The notes under the pieces were generated by a model, which saw nothing but the letters and a program-made list of their open reading frames with translations, was not told where the DNA came from and made no database searches. A stretch of DNA of 64,000 nt, taken from positions 17,350,357 to 17,414,356 of the forward strand of contig OZ316892.1 of the NCBI GenBank assembly GCA_973895155.1, written 5' to 3'. The stretch comes from Marsupella aquatica. Lineage: Eukaryota; Plantae; Marchantiophyta. Of this stretch, positions 21,017-33,932 are shown one piece after another. Each line of letters begins with the position of its first letter. Position 1 is the first letter of the stretch. Both the position numbers and the translations under genes were made by a program.

Positions 21017-24000
21017 TCAAAGTGGTATAGTATCGGGAATGCAACTCAAGTCCAGAACTCCAATAGCAGATCGATGTCGTTCAAAGTGAGGTCGGGATAA
21101 GGCCTTGGTGAGTACATCAGCAGGTTGAAGATCAGTTGGGATGTACGTGAGGTTTAATTCCCCCTCAAGGACGCGTTCCCGAACGAAGTGGTGATGGACT
21201 TCGATATGTTTGGTGCGAGCATGAAAAACGGGGTTTCGTGCAAGCTTGATGGCACCTTCGTTGTCACAGTGAAGAGTTGGACGAGAAGAGTGAAGAGCAT
21301 CAAGAATGTGATGGTCTTTGCAATTGAGTGTGACCTCAACATGGGGAATGAGTTGAAGTTCCAGCAGCAGTCGGCGGATGTATACAGCTTCTTGTGCCCC
21401 AGATGATAGAGCCATATATTCTGATTCCGTAGAAGATTTACTCACTGTGGCTTGACGTTTGCTGTTCCAAGAAACGGGGCTATCCCCAAGAGTAAGTAAA
21501 TATGCCCCAACAGATCGGCGAGTTGTAGGGCAGGTAGCCCAGTCGGCATCGGTATAAGCAGAAAGAGTGAGTGGAGCATGCCGTTTGTAAAAAATGCCGT
21601 AGTTGAGAGTGTGTCGAAGATATCTGAAGATGTGCTTGGTGGCTTGCATGTGATCTTCATGTGGATCTTGCATAAAACGACTGACTAGGCTGACAGCAAA
21701 GGATATATCAGGGCGAGTGTTGGTAAGGTAAATTAGTTTCCCTACCATCCGACAATAAAGATGAGCGTCGACAGGAGGACTGGCGGAATCAGTAGATAGA
21801 ACGGTACCTGTCGGTAAGGGAGTGAGGGCCGGAGTACAAGAGCCCATATGAAATTCTTGAAGAATTTCATTGCAGTAGTTGTGTTGATGCATTTTGATTC
21901 CGGTAGCAGAAGAATCAAATTCTATCCCTAGATATTTTTGAACATGGCCAAGATCCTTCATGCTGAAGTGCTTACGAAGTTCAGTCTTGTGGGAGCTAAT
22001 AAGAGTATCGTTGCTCCCAGTGAGAAAAAAATCGTCAACATGAGTGAGCAACACAGTAATGTCTGATCCATCAAGAAAATAGTAAAGATTGTTATCAAGT
22101 AAGCTACGAATCCAACCAAGCTTCTGTAATAGTGCATGTAAAGTGTCGTACCAAGCTTTGGAGGATTGTCTAAGGCCGTAGAGTGAATTGTTGAGATGGC
22201 ATACAAGATGCTCCTTACCAGCAATGCGACGTCCAGGAGGCTGATGCATGTAAATATCTTCATGAACTTTGCTGTTTAGAAAAGCCGTGTCGACATCCAT
22301 GTGAGTGATCTGCCAGCCACGGGAAGCACATATGGCAGTGATAGTTCGGAGAGTTGTCCATTTGACCACTGGCGCAAAAGTCTCAAAGTAGTCGATGCCA
22401 TGTTGCTGATAATTGCCCTTGGCAACAAGACGAGCCTTCAGTCGACCATGAGTGGCAGAGATAGGTTTCCGTTTGAAGACCCACATAGATGGAATGGCGC
22501 GCTTGCCAGGGGGTAATTCCATAAGGGTCCAAGTGTTGGTTTTATGGATGGAGTCCATCTCTTCGTCAATAGCTCCAGACCAGTCAGGGTGAGTGAGTGC
22601 TTCACGAAGAGAAATGTTGTCAGTGATAGTTGGATCAGAAGTTTCGATAGCACAAGCCGATAATTCTAAAGGAGGAGGTTCAGCATAAAACCCAAGAAGC
22701 CTAGAATTATGAGAGCGGAGTCTGCCAGAGCGACGATATTCAACTGGAGCTATGGGTGGATCTGCTATAACCGTGTCAGGCGGAGCAGTATCCTTGTGAT
22801 CTCCTAGAGTGGAGTCTGGGTCGGTATTATCATCGGGAGCAGGAACAATGTCTGGTATAGGTGGAGCAATTGAGTCAAAAGGCGATAAATCCCCAAAATC
22901 GATGGAAGTGGGTTCAGGACCAGCAACGGCAAAGATGCCAAGTTCAGACTCATCAAAACGAACATTGCGACTGATAATAATTTTACGTCTACTGGGCGAG
23001 TAACAACGATATCCCTTGGTGTTTTCATCGTAACCAACAAAAATAGCTTTGAGAGATTTTGGTTCAAGCTTAGAGCGTAATGGAGCAGGGATGTGAATAT
23101 ATGCTGAGCAGCCAATGACTCGGAAATGACTAACGTCAGGTTTGATTCCATGAAGATGCTGAAAAGGAGTTGTTTTGTAGAGAGCTCGAGTGGAACATCG
23201 GTTCAGAATATAAGTAGCAGTCCGCACCATCTCTTCCCAAAGAGGTGCCGGAAAATGAGCACCAAAGCAAAGGCTGCGAGCCGCTTCAATGAGAGTTCGA
23301 TTTTTACGCTCAGAGACACCGTTCTGGTGTGGAGTGTAGGCGGCAGTGAGTTGACGAAAAATGCCTCTAGTGGAGCAGAATTGTTGAAAATCATGAGAAA
23401 TGTATTCTCCACCTCGATCGGTTCGCAGGCATCCAACCTGATATCCGAATTGACTCTGGACAGAAGCACAAAAGTCTTTGAAAGTAGAAAAGACTTCGGA
23501 TTTGAAACGAAGGAAGAATGTCCAGGTATACCGTGTGTAGTCGTCGGTAAATGTGAGGACATAGCGAGAGCCTGCTAAGGATGGTACACGGGCTGGGCCC
23601 CAAACGTCAGAGTGAACTAGCTCAAAAGGCCTAGTTGTTTGTGTCAGAGAGTGCTTTGGAATTCTTTCCCGTGTTTGCTTGGCTACCATGCAAGTGCTGC
23701 ATATTGTGTTGACTGGCAAAATATGTGGAATGCCGACAACTAGGTGAGTTGAACTCATGTGTGCTAATTTCTGAAAATGGATATGTCCAAGGCGTTTGTG
23801 CCAAAGTTCAGCATTAGATGAAGAAGTAGTGGCGATGTGACATGAAGCTATCGGTAAGGAGAGTTGCTCAAGCTTAGGTGGAGGCTTGGGAACTAGAGTG
23901 TATAGGCGAGTCACTGGATCACGTGCCCCATGCATGCTAACTTGATTTTCTTGATCTAACACCACACACTGTGAGGAATTGAAACATATAGTTTGTCCTA

Positions 24001-24538
24001 AATCAGCCAGATTTCCAACAGAGATAAGGCTACGACGGGCACGCGGCACATACAAAACGTTCAAAAGTTTATTCTGATCAAGAATGAGGGTGCCCTTACC
24101 CTTGATATCCAAGGCAGCCCCACCAGCGGTTGCCACCGAGGATCCAGGGGCAAGAGCTACAAAATTTGTGAGTCCAGATTTGTCACTAGTGAGGTGGGTG
24201 TTAGCTCCAGAGTCGAAGATCCATTCCGGGTGATCAGGCTGTGCTATCACCTCAGTAAAATTGGCCTCCAGAATCTGGTCAGCTGTAACCGTATCGACAT
24301 TCTCAGGTGCAGCATCAAAATATTCTTCAACGTCGGGATTCGGGTTTGGACCAAAATTTGTCTCCACGAGGTTTGCAGCACGTCCAGCCCCAATGTTCAT
24401 CTGAGTCATACGAGCGGTGAGGCGTTGCAACTCAGTTTCGAGACCACGGAAAGGGCAGTTGCGGGCAACATGGCTGGGGTCGCTGCACGTGAAGCAGGCC
24501 CCACGGTTGTTGTTGTCTCCACGGTTGTTGTTGTTCAA
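21017..24538 (-). CDS. Copia polyprotein, main frame (zinc knuckle, protease, integrase, RT, RNase H); the frame stays open upstream to ~24667
   Basis: CFTCSDPSHVARNC, WIFDSGA, LWHKRLGH, VHSDVWGP, LRTDRGGEY, QNGVSERKNR, KARLVAKG, LYGLRQS, HVDD, DADWA, RTKHIEVHHHFVRE, ADVLTKAL; PR-IN-RT-RH order. Confidence 0.95.
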   Translation of the reverse strand: MNNNNRGDNNNRGACFTCSDPSHVARNCPFRGLETELQRLTARMTQMNIGAGRAANLVETNFGPNPNPDVEEYFDAAPENVDTVTADQILEANFTEVIAQPDHPEWIFDSGANTHLTSDKSGLTNFVALAPGSSVATAGGAALDIKGKGTLILDQNKLLNVLYVPRARRSLISVGNLADLGQTICFNSSQCVVLDQENQVSMHGARDPVTRLYTLVPKPPPKLEQLSLPIASCHIATTSSSNAELWHKRLGHIHFQKLAHMSSTHLVVGIPHILPVNTICSTCMVAKQTRERIPKHSLTQTTRPFELVHSDVWGPARVPSLAGSRYVLTFTDDYTRYTWTFFLRFKSEVFSTFKDFCASVQSQFGYQVGCLRTDRGGEYISHDFQQFCSTRGIFRQLTAAYTPHQNGVSERKNRTLIEAARSLCFGAHFPAPLWEEMVRTATYILNRCSTRALYKTTPFQHLHGIKPDVSHFRVIGCSAYIHIPAPLRSKLEPKSLKAIFVGYDENTKGYRCYSPSRRKIIISRNVRFDESELGIFAVAGPEPTSIDFGDLSPFDSIAPPIPDIVPAPDDNTDPDSTLGDHKDTAPPDTVIADPPIAPVEYRRSGRLRSHNSRLLGFYAEPPPLELSACAIETSDPTITDNISLREALTHPDWSGAIDEEMDSIHKTNTWTLMELPPGKRAIPSMWVFKRKPISATHGRLKARLVAKGNYQQHGIDYFETFAPVVKWTTLRTITAICASRGWQITHMDVDTAFLNSKVHEDIYMHQPPGRRIAGKEHLVCHLNNSLYGLRQSSKAWYDTLHALLQKLGWIRSLLDNNLYYFLDGSDITVLLTHVDDFFLTGSNDTLISSHKTELRKHFSMKDLGHVQKYLGIEFDSSATGIKMHQHNYCNEILQEFHMGSCTPALTPLPTGTVLSTDSASPPVDAHLYCRMVGKLIYLTNTRPDISFAVSLVSRFMQDPHEDHMQATKHIFRYLRHTLNYGIFYKRHAPLTLSAYTDADWATCPTTRRSVGAYLLTLGDSPVSWNSKRQATVSKSSTESEYMALSSGAQEAVYIRRLLLELQLIPHVEVTLNCKDHHILDALHSSRPTLHCDNEGAIKLARNPVFHARTKHIEVHHHFVRERVLEGELNLTYIPTDLQPADVLTKALSRPHFERHRSAIGVLDLSCIPDTIPL

Positions 24539-25275
24539 TGGCGCCGGGAAACGTCCACGGCCCCCTCTTCCTCCAAAATTAGGACCTCCACGACCGCGGG
24601 CACGTCCCCCTGCGTTGTTGAACCGGCCAGTGGGGGGAAAACATGACGGACAAATAGCGCCTCTTCACCAGCATAATTGCGAGCACCACGACGACTCTCT
24701 TCTTCACGAACAATATTCTCCAGTTGGGAGAAGGAAGGCATATTCTCTCGTCCTGCAAGAACAGCTCCGAAGGTCTCCCAACTACGGGGTAGAGCATCAA
24801 TGATTACTCCCTGCAATTCTTCATCAGTAAAAGTGACATCCACAGCAGCAAGATCGTTAAGTAACTCATTGACAGTGCTGAAGTTAGTAGTCATGGTAGC
24901 AGACTCAGGGAATCTGAGACTGAAAAGCTTCCGTTTGAGTACAGCACGGCGAGAAGTGGTGTTGCCTGCACAAGCACGGCGGAGTTCTGCCCAGAGAAAA
25001 GCTGGATCATCAATCCGCACATATCTAGCAAGCATCTTGTCCTCTACTGCTTTAGTCAGCATATATAATGCCTTGTTCTGAGCTGTACGTCGCTCAGCGG
25101 GAGTGGGATTGACAGGATCGTTAGCATCAAAGATCACTCCAAGAAGATTCTCCCGAACTACGTACCAAATCTTCTCCTTGATGAAACTCTGCTTCATCTT
25201 GTAGGACCATAATGGGTAGTTGTTCCCATTAAGTTTCTCGTCCTTGGACATTGAGAAATTCATATCCTGGTTCAT
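24535..25275 (-). CDS. Copia gag (UBN2-type), out of frame with the rest of the polyprotein
   Basis: KLNGNNYPLWSYKM, LWAELRR, IIDALPRSWETF, REEESRR; the last ~35 codons run past the frameshift. Confidence 0.9.
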   Translation of the reverse strand: MNQDMNFSMSKDEKLNGNNYPLWSYKMKQSFIKEKIWYVVRENLLGVIFDANDPVNPTPAERRTAQNKALYMLTKAVEDKMLARYVRIDDPAFLWAELRRACAGNTTSRRAVLKRKLFSLRFPESATMTTNFSTVNELLNDLAAVDVTFTDEELQGVIIDALPRSWETFGAVLAGRENMPSFSQLENIVREEESRRGARNYAGEEALFVRHVFPPLAGSTTQGDVPAVVEVLILEEEGAVDVSRRH

Positions 25276-28200
25276 CGTTCCTGAGTACTATTAAGAAATG
25301 CACAGGGACCTATCACCTATGAAAATAAATTCCTGAGTACTACGGAGAACACGACAGGGATCTATCACCTGCAACGTAAGACTATACAGCTATGACTCCA
25401 AAGCTACGCGAGTGATTCTTACCAACTCGGAACTACAGAAAAATACGGAAGAAAAGACTGAGCCCTCAGGCATTATCCTGGGAAGGCTCTGATACCATGA
25501 AGAGAACAAGTTTATTGATCTCCTGTGATGAGTGGGAAAGGGGAGGCGGGGCCCCCACATAAATACATGCCAGAGATACAGATGGATTTTAATCCATTAG
25601 GAGGTAGAACATAGATCTACGGTGAAATGTGATACGTACAGGGCACGTCCCTACTAATCATCAAAGCAAGCAAGCGGATAACAAGCCGTAATATCCGGGG
25701 GAGTGGACACAGCAGAACAGCCTGATACAATCATACTTCTCACTTAGAAGCGCATGGTACTTTGCTATGAATCATGAAGCAAAGTGACTGTCAACACATG
25801 CTCCTTCGATCCTTCGCACTTTCGCTGGTCAGGTCTCACACCGCTTTCTGCACGACAAAGTGAATCCTATGTTTGCGCTGCGAGCACAGAGCACAGAGCA
25901 CAGTTCTCTGAATCTGTACGCTCCACCGAAGAATTGGTCGCCAAGCGGAATCGAATCAGACCCATCAGCAAGAATGGCGATGAATTTGTGTCCTGCCTGC
26001 ACGTCTCTGGCCTGTGATGATGTCCTCCTGGCTGTGCAAGTGTGCAACCACTCACCCACTGTATCGATTCTCCACGGTAAACAAATAATCTCCAACTACC
26101 AACTCACCTGTAACGATACGTCCATCGTAAGCAATCGAGTACTGCCACAAATGCTCCACATAAGTTGTGAAAGGGAAAAGAAATTAAAGAATTGATTACT
26201 GTAGATGAGTGTTTTTTTACATGTATTTTGTGAGCAAATATAAATTGGGCAGGACGCTGGCTTCAAGGGGGAGGAATATATGTAGGGCCCATCTAATATA
26301 TACTTATAAAAATAAATATTCAAAAGTTGAGGGAAGCCGTTACAACTGGCAAATCAGTCAGATCTGGCGAATCCAACACCTAAAATGCAGGTTTTGGAGA
26401 GTTTCGACGTCCCTTGAATTTTCTATGTATTATTCGCCTGTAATTGAGGGAGGTCAGATTTTGGGGAAAATTAGCCAACTGCTGTACAGATTAAAAAAAT
26501 TGTGGAAGTTGATCTTTTCACGCCCAAGTCATGTCTTGGAAGAGCCCAGAGATGGAGAAGAATCCAACCGAATGCACATTTAGGAGAGTTCGTTTTTTGA
26601 CTTGTTTTTTCCCTTGAATTTTCTATGTATTATTAGCTTGTAATTAGCTGAGGTAAGATTTTGACAAAAACTTAGCCGACTAGATTACTGCTGTAGGTTT
26701 AACGTTTGTGGAAGTTGACCTTGGGACCCCATGACCAAGCACTTTTCACTCCCATCTATTTGTTGGAAAAGGCCAACAGATGGAGAAGACTGTCAGATAG
26801 GGTTGTCATCCTAGCCTGTGCTTTCTTGTACATTCTCTAATGTGGGGAATTCTGCTTGATGACCATATTTACCGGCCTTTGCAGTCTTCTATTTAGTAGG
26901 GCTTTAGTTCCTTTGCCACCGTGAGTGACTTTTCTTGGCTTGTTGGTCTTCTTGGGGTTCCTCTTGTAAGCCCCCTCTATTGAGTCTGCTGCCTTTGGGA
27001 CCCTGACCCGTTTGACACCTTTTGGTCTTTGGCCATTATATATTTTTTCTTTATATTTTGTACCATCGTGGTCCCATACTTCAATTGTACATCCCCAAAT
27101 GTGAATATGTGATCCTATTATGGTTTACCATACAGATAGCACCAAGTTTGGGGATCCCACCACGATTGACTTCACTTTGTTCCAGGTTGCCCTACCCCCT
27201 AGAGACACAGTGTATGCATTGAAGTCCCACTGCTGGACTTCACTTTGTTCAGTCTAAAAGGGTTAAATGAATAGGTTTACAGTTTGTGGAAGTTGACCAT
27301 GGGATCCCATGACCAAGCACTTCTGACACCCAAAACTCTACTTTAGTTAGTCCAAAAGGGAGAAAATGAAAGAGTTTAAAAGTTTGTGGAAGTTGACAAT
27401 GTGACTTCTGACACCCAAAACAGTGAGCATCATAAAAAGAAAACATGCTACCTAAGTAATAAGTAATGTTTGAACCTGGTTCATGTGGGTTGCAATGGTC
27501 CATCAGAGCATTTTGTGAATTATGGTGGTCCATTTCAAGTTGACTTTCAAGTTTGTGGAACTTAGTGGGGCCTGAAAAACAAATTTATTTTGAGTGATTG
27601 GAATAAATTCATATTACTCGATGTCAATGATTGAACACATCATAGATTACCTTTCCTTTCATTTATGGTATCCTTATAATTTCATGAAATTCTTACTATA
27701 CATGATACTATCAAGTGAAACATATGTTTATGGTTGCTAATTTGCAAATGATGTCATCCGAGGTTGTTTGCTGGTTTGCATTAGTGCAGTGCACGGTTTC
27801 TATAAGTAGTCTCAGTGTCTCCTGTCACTACCTGATTGCCCAGGCTTCGGCACAATATAGTTGGAATGATCACCAATACTCGAGTTTCATCCAATTGATC
27901 TTTGTCAAGAAGATTGTTGATTAATTAGGGTGACCTGGATCCACCTGGTTTTGTTTTGGGGACAATGGCACTTGAACCACCTGTCCCTGCTATTGGACCA
28001 AATCGTTCACTTTTTGGTGCTTTGTTAAGGATATTTTTGACTAAGTATGATAACCTAGATACATCAGGTTTTGCTTACAGCAGTTTAGGGTTTAGTGGCA
28101 GGTTAAGTCTAGGTTTGCTTTGTTTAGAAAGTGAAGCCTGGATGGACCGAGGGGTTTGCTGTGAAGCCCTCATGGATCTTCAAAACTGGGACGAACTGAG

Positions 28201-30243
28201 TGAGAACATCAAAATTTGCTTGGAGAGCACTCTCTACAGTTTTGATTCATATGTGACCTGTAAGTTGCGGCTCGCGCAAACTACTCGGGGCATCCTTCAT
28301 AAAAGTGAAATGCCCTTTCCCAAAATGGTAAGTTGGTGCCTGTGCCCAAGCACTGAGGGCGTTCTTCACAGAACTTGTGAAGTGTGCGATGGCGGTTAGT
28401 TTATAATATTTTCCTATCGTTGCACTCATTGGCGATGGACCAAATAGTTTCAGAAAAATTTGAAGCTTGTCAGGTAATAGATTGGACAGCAGAGAACATG
28501 CTGGAAACTTTTGTGATGCTGGAAACTTTTGAGCTACAACAGAGATCCAAAAGTTGTTCAAATAAATGCACAAATTTGCCAAAAACACAGTTGCTTGAGG
28601 CACTTGGAAAAACTATTTGGGGCATCTCTCAAAAATGAAGAGTCCTTCTTAAGATAGCCCAACCATGTGGATGTTGGGTGTAAAGTGACTAAGTGTGTGT
28701 CACAGTTCATGGGAATGGGCAAAACAACCCCTTGTCCATTTGGACTTAACTTTCCTTTGTTTAGAGTTTAGAGATTCATAATATCACAAAAATATATTGG
28801 TGGTGTTCTTCTAATGAATATGAGTAAATACAGTAATTGTGGGCCTGAGAGCCGTCTTTATGATCATGAGGAGGGGGTAGACGGGTAGTGGCATTATGAC
28901 CTTCATTTCATCAAGATAATATACTGAACATTAATATCTAGAATTGACTCGCTTCACTTTACATCACATGCCATTTAGGGGGTCGCTTTTGGGTTGTGAA
29001 AGCCCGGTCCTCCATGGCAGATTGTGGGCCCCAATTAAATCATATACAGCAAGGCTCAGTCTACGATTGATTTTAATGGCCCCTACCCCTCCACCTGTCA
29101 AAAGTTTTATTGAACTCTTCAGGTGAACGTGACAACGCATCAATTGTATTCTAGCATCCATGGAGTAAGAAAGGAGGGGAGGAGGTTCGCAAAGACGACA
29201 AAACCCAAGGTCGAGATAAAAACACCACAGGGCTTAAGAAGTTAGAAAAGGATGACGGGACCTGCAAAAGTCAGGATTACTTTTTCTTCCAACCCCTTCT
29301 TAAGAAAAACAAAAGAATATTATTAGACTGACCACAGCATGAAGACCAGCAGGCCAAAAAGGAAAACACAACTAAGGGCCAGGAGGCCTTCCAACCGACC
29401 CGAAGCGCTGAAAGTCACCCCAACATACCACAAGGTCAACCGCTACAAGACAAGGGCCAAAAGGAGCAGAAACAACGAACAAAAATAGACAGACCAGGAC
29501 CAAAAGCAATCTGAGAGATGGGGAAGTCCCCTTGCCCCAGATAGGCAGAGAACAAGTCAAAACAAGTGGTCAAAGGAGGCCAGAAAAACGCAGGACCAAA
29601 GAACAACACCACTTTTATTTCTATAGTGGAGGGGACCAACAAAGCAGGCAAGATGTCGACAAAAATCCAAGCTAAACAAGTTGATTGCTAGTACAAGCCC
29701 TAGCAGTTATTTCATTTCAATGACTTCAACTAAAGTTTGATTCTCCATAGAACTGCTGTGAACATTTATGTTCAAACGGTTATGTGGAGAATGACTTTTA
29801 ATGGAATCCTGGCAACATTGACATGTAATGACTTGCAAAGGAATCCTGGCAGGATTAGCATGATACATGTGTTGCCAGCACTCTATCCAGATAATGCTAA
29901 GCATCTTGTGGATGAGAAGGAGAAAGCTAGGGTTATGCTTCTAGGACCGAGTTGTTGTGTCAGTCATACAGAAGAAGGAGGAGCCAATAGTCTTGTTCAA
30001 ACTAGTCAAGTTTGAGATGTATGCACCCAACAGGGTCCTTTTTGAGCTTGACACAACACTCATGCTCCAGAAGCAGGCTAGGAAGTGGGCTGGGAGTGGC
30101 ATTTGAGCTGCCCTTCATAGTTGTGCATGAATCACAATTGAGATTTCATCATATGGCTCACAAGCAACAGAGCTGTCCCAACTCCCATTGTTGTCCAATG
30201 CTACCAGGTTCTTGTGTATAATGCTCTAGGGGCTCCATGGAAG

Positions 30244-31007
30244 TGACACAGTCGCAGAACTCGACTACCTTAGCTCCGGCAGCGTTGACTCCGACGCCAA
30301 GCTCCCTTATGGTCCAAGCCCGGATAGGCCGTCCGGGGAGGACTTAGCATGGGGAGACTTGTGGACAATGAGACGTGGCCCTAGCGAAGGGGCAAGGAGC
30401 CAAGCTGGTGATACACATTACGGACTTAGGCTAGCTGAGAGCTGGTCGGGTCAAGGGGAAAAGGGGCCGAGCTCAAGGTCGACCGTCCGGACCCCCAGAC
30501 GGACTTTGAGTTCTGAGGGCTTGAGTGTGAGCTCCTCTTGGGCCCAAAGCCAATGGAGTTGACGCCATGGGCAACGGACGCTTGGGGTGTGAGTTATGGC
30601 CCAATCTGGGTTTGGGCGATCGGGGACCCCGAGCGGCGATGAGACCTGAGGGCCTAGGGATGAGCACCGGATCAGCCCGATCACAACGGGCTAAGGCACT
30701 CCACTTGTGGACGCCTAACGAGAAAGTTATGGGCATTGCCAGTTGGTGGCACGCCCAGTATGCGCGATAGGATCCGGGTTGGAGGCCAAACGTTTAGGGA
30801 CCAAAGTTGGTCCGGGGGTGGCAGGTCTCCAGAAGTATATATGAGGGGAGTGGTGTCTCCCTGGGGGCCAAGGGCGAGCCGAAGTCGCAAGCCACAGTGA
30901 TCGCGACACTAAGGGAAAGCTCCAAACGGAAACGACGATATCTTCCCAACGGGAAGTCCGTTGGAGGACTTCTTGGATGCGTTGGAAATCTCTCAAGGAG
31001 CACTACA
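30244..31007 (-). mobile_element. GC-rich putative LTR remnant
   Basis: Abrupt GC-rich block. On the minus strand it begins TGTAGTG right after the purine run AAGAGGA and contains a CATATATAC TATA-like box (~30835-30843). Left boundary uncertain; no TSD. Confidence 0.3.
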
Positions 31008-33228
31008 TCCTCTTGAGTTCATCTGGGTTTGGGGGCGCCATGGGTTCTTGGGGTTTGCGGGTGTTAGCTCGCCCGCTTGCCAAATCCTGCCGAACAGTAG
31101 CCAAGCCGTGTTTAGTCTCCCAAGGGAGCTTATGTTGGGGAGGCAAGGCCAAGTAGGCATGGAGATTGAGTTCCAAGGGTGCTCGGCCCCTAGACCATCA
31201 GTGGGGCAAGCCGGGAGTTGGTTGCTAGAGTCGGGGCCATTCTGGTCCCGCCGTGTTGGGACAAGCTTTAGGACAACTTACGCTATTTGGGCCATGAGCA
31301 CGTCCTGGGGTCAAGGCAGTCAGTTGGTGATGGATAGGTACAAGGGGAACCTGGGCCGCGCCCAAGGAAGTAGTTGTTCTGGACGAACAATGGGCGTGGG
31401 TTTTGGTTCCGGCTTATGGCATCGGGAGGACCTATTGCTGACCTATTTACCAATGTCTGTTGAGCTTGAGTTATGATGCTAGACTTGGAAAAATATGGAT
31501 CCTGAAGGGTTACTTACCGAGGTGCTTGGTTGCTTGTGCAAGTAGTGAGGACCGTTGAGTAGCGGTCATGTTGGTGAGCAAGTGCGGCTTTGTATGGGAG
31601 GGGCCGTAGGTTGGTGCAAGGGGCACTAGGTTGCTTGCTCAAGGTATTCCGTGGAGGTGTTTGAGCACTATGGGCACTTAGGCGTGGGTACTGGGCTTGG
31701 TGATGGCGCTGGGTGGCAAAGTCCACCACTGACACATTACTTGTGATGAAGTTTAGAGTTTTCAAATCATGTTCAAAAAAACTTTTTGAAATGTTAGTGG
31801 AAAGAAGAATTTTTTTAATGAAAAAGTTCAGTGTTGTCATATGATTAGCTTCATACAACTTTCTTGAAAGTGATTACGGGGGTCATAAAAATCCTACCCA
31901 TCACACATATGGCCCTTCAATATAGTGACCTCCCAGCATAGGAAGAACCCAAACTGGATGCTTGCGTCAAAACAGACTGACAACTTTGGGGAATTGCAAG
32001 TCAGTTCACCAGGCACTGGTGGAAGTGCTCTAAACCAAGGAGGTTTGCTTTGCTTGTGGCTCTTTTCTTTATCAGGTGTTTGTACCTTTGGGTACTGTCC
32101 CTCCTTTTGTTCTTTTGGCATTGTGATATCTATAGGAAGGAAAAACGTAAGTTTAGTAAATTTTGTATTCTCATTGAAGTTTGTGAGCTATAATCCCCTC
32201 ACCAGCTCCACTTCTATGCAGCAACGGCTAGGTTTACAAGTGACTGTCCACATTGTTGCCCAATTTTTGCAAATATATCGAGGCTGACAGTGCAAATGAG
32301 TGCAGGCAGATGCTCTAGACATCCGCGATCAATTGCACATCATGTGGAACTACAAATACAAAAGTCAGCAAGGAATCTAAAAAATGCCCTAGAAATACAA
32401 GAATCAGCAAAAATCACAAGACATTAAAAACCAGTGGTGATTCCTTAACAACACTTGTTTGCTCGGATTTACAATATCTTGTTTACAGTGGCAACTGTGA
32501 GTATCTTATGCGGACGTGGGATGGTTTTCTCCTGTGGCACCTTGTGCCACTTGTGACCATCTGGAACAGGATCGACACAGAAATGAGAAGGCATAAAGGA
32601 TGAGAAGACCTCGCTCCAAATCAGTGAATCAGTTCAACTACCAACGAGCCCTTTGCCCAACTGGAACTAGGATCCAATATATATATTTTGTTGGAACTTT
32701 TCTCGTAAGATCACTTAAGGGGAACCAGCCAACGATCACTAGTTCGGCGCCTCCTCACTACTTTATCTCTACCGCTATCTTAAGCGGTTGATCTTAGGTT
32801 TCTCCCTCTTACCATTGATTCCCCGGTCTCTGCGGGGTCCTCTCTCCGCTACTTATAGTGACTCCTTCCGGGCACTCTATGTAGCAAGCGGAACAATTTG
32901 CTTTTACCAACATGGTATCAAAGTGAGGCTCTGACTAATAGTATCTCTAGGATAGACTAGAATAGTTAGACCTATCTCGTGTGCACAGGTTGAGAATTCC
33001 CTGACACTCACATACTCCTAGATTATTTCTAGTTAAGATATTCGTGTAATCTCAGGTAGAAAGTTCCCTGACACTCACAGGATTAGACATTCTCTCAATA
33101 GACACTCATTCTCAGGTTGAAAACATCCTTGACATAGCAGTATAGTTCTTAGTCATGTTACACAGTCCTTAGCCACGTTTGTGCAGCATGGAACTACTCA
33201 GAGTTTTTCTGATGGCGACAAACTAGAT

Positions 33229-33932
33229 CACTACAACATATTTTGCCCTTTTGCGAAGCTCATTTGAGTAGGCGGGCTCCATTCTAGAGGATGCAGATGT
33301 AGTTCACTCCATATGGCATATGGATTAGTCAAAGGACAGTGTCTTGGTATTTGATACCCCATAGGGTTTTAGAAAACCCTAATTTTTGTACATTCAGGGA
33401 TTTTTGGCATATATAAAGTTTTGCTTTGGTATCTTCATGTGGAGCAATAAGACCCCAACCCAATTATGAACCCAAATATACAAAACCCAGCCCTCAAACT
33501 ATCCTTGCGAAACACATGCGAACGCCATACTATCGCAAACTTGCCATACATTGAGTATTGGAACATTGCGATACTTTTGGTTCCGCAATTGTGCGACACC
33601 CTGACTGACGCAGTTATGCGATACCATATGAATGGCAACAGAATTGTCAAGACAACAGCTTCGCAAATAAGTTATAGTTCAGAGCGCGTCACAAACCGAT
33701 AAAGAGTCTGTCGAGATCGCATAAATGTGATTTATGTGCGATAAAATAAGTTTCGCAGTGTGCGAAGGTGTTGCGAAGGGGTTGCGAAAGTCCGATTGCG
33801 AAGCTGTGGGTTTCAAAGAATGCGAAAGGGTTGCGATGCGTAGCGTTTCACAAACACCGGAATTTCATAATTTGGTCCTTTGTTAGTTGCGATGGGACGG
33901 GGTTCGCAAAAGGGGTCGGTAGTGTTGTAGTG
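33229..33932. mobile_element. Non-autonomous CACTA (En/Spm) element, 704 bp, nested in gag
   Basis: TIRs CACTACAACA / TGTTGTAGTG, 3-bp TSD GAT, subterminal CCCTTTTGCGAA / TTCGCAAAAGGG and many TGCGA/TCGCA repeats. Removing it restores the gag reading SDGDKLD-GSRNHMAW. Confidence 0.9.

Larger units (their letters stand above)
20564..25796 (-). mobile_element. Full-length Ty1/copia LTR retrotransposon (5233 bp), very recent insertion
   Basis: Two 299-bp LTRs (20564-20862 and 25498-25796), identical by eye, with TG...CA ends. TSD CATGC; PBS TGGTATCAGAGC (tRNA-iMet) at 25486-25497; PPT AGGGAGGG at 20863-20870. Confidence 0.97.

Noticed and set aside
26400-27570. Recurring TTTGTGGAAGTTGAC and CCCTTGAATTTTCTATGTATTATT segments
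   Set aside because: Degenerate local duplications with no termini, TSD or coding signal I can define.
27715-30221. Short ORFs that might be decayed exons, plus a possible LINE 3' tail at ~29160-29650
   Set aside because: No recognisable motif or consistent splice model.
31030-31040. TGGCGCCC PBS-like motif on the minus strand
   Set aside because: No paired LTR or TSD supports it.
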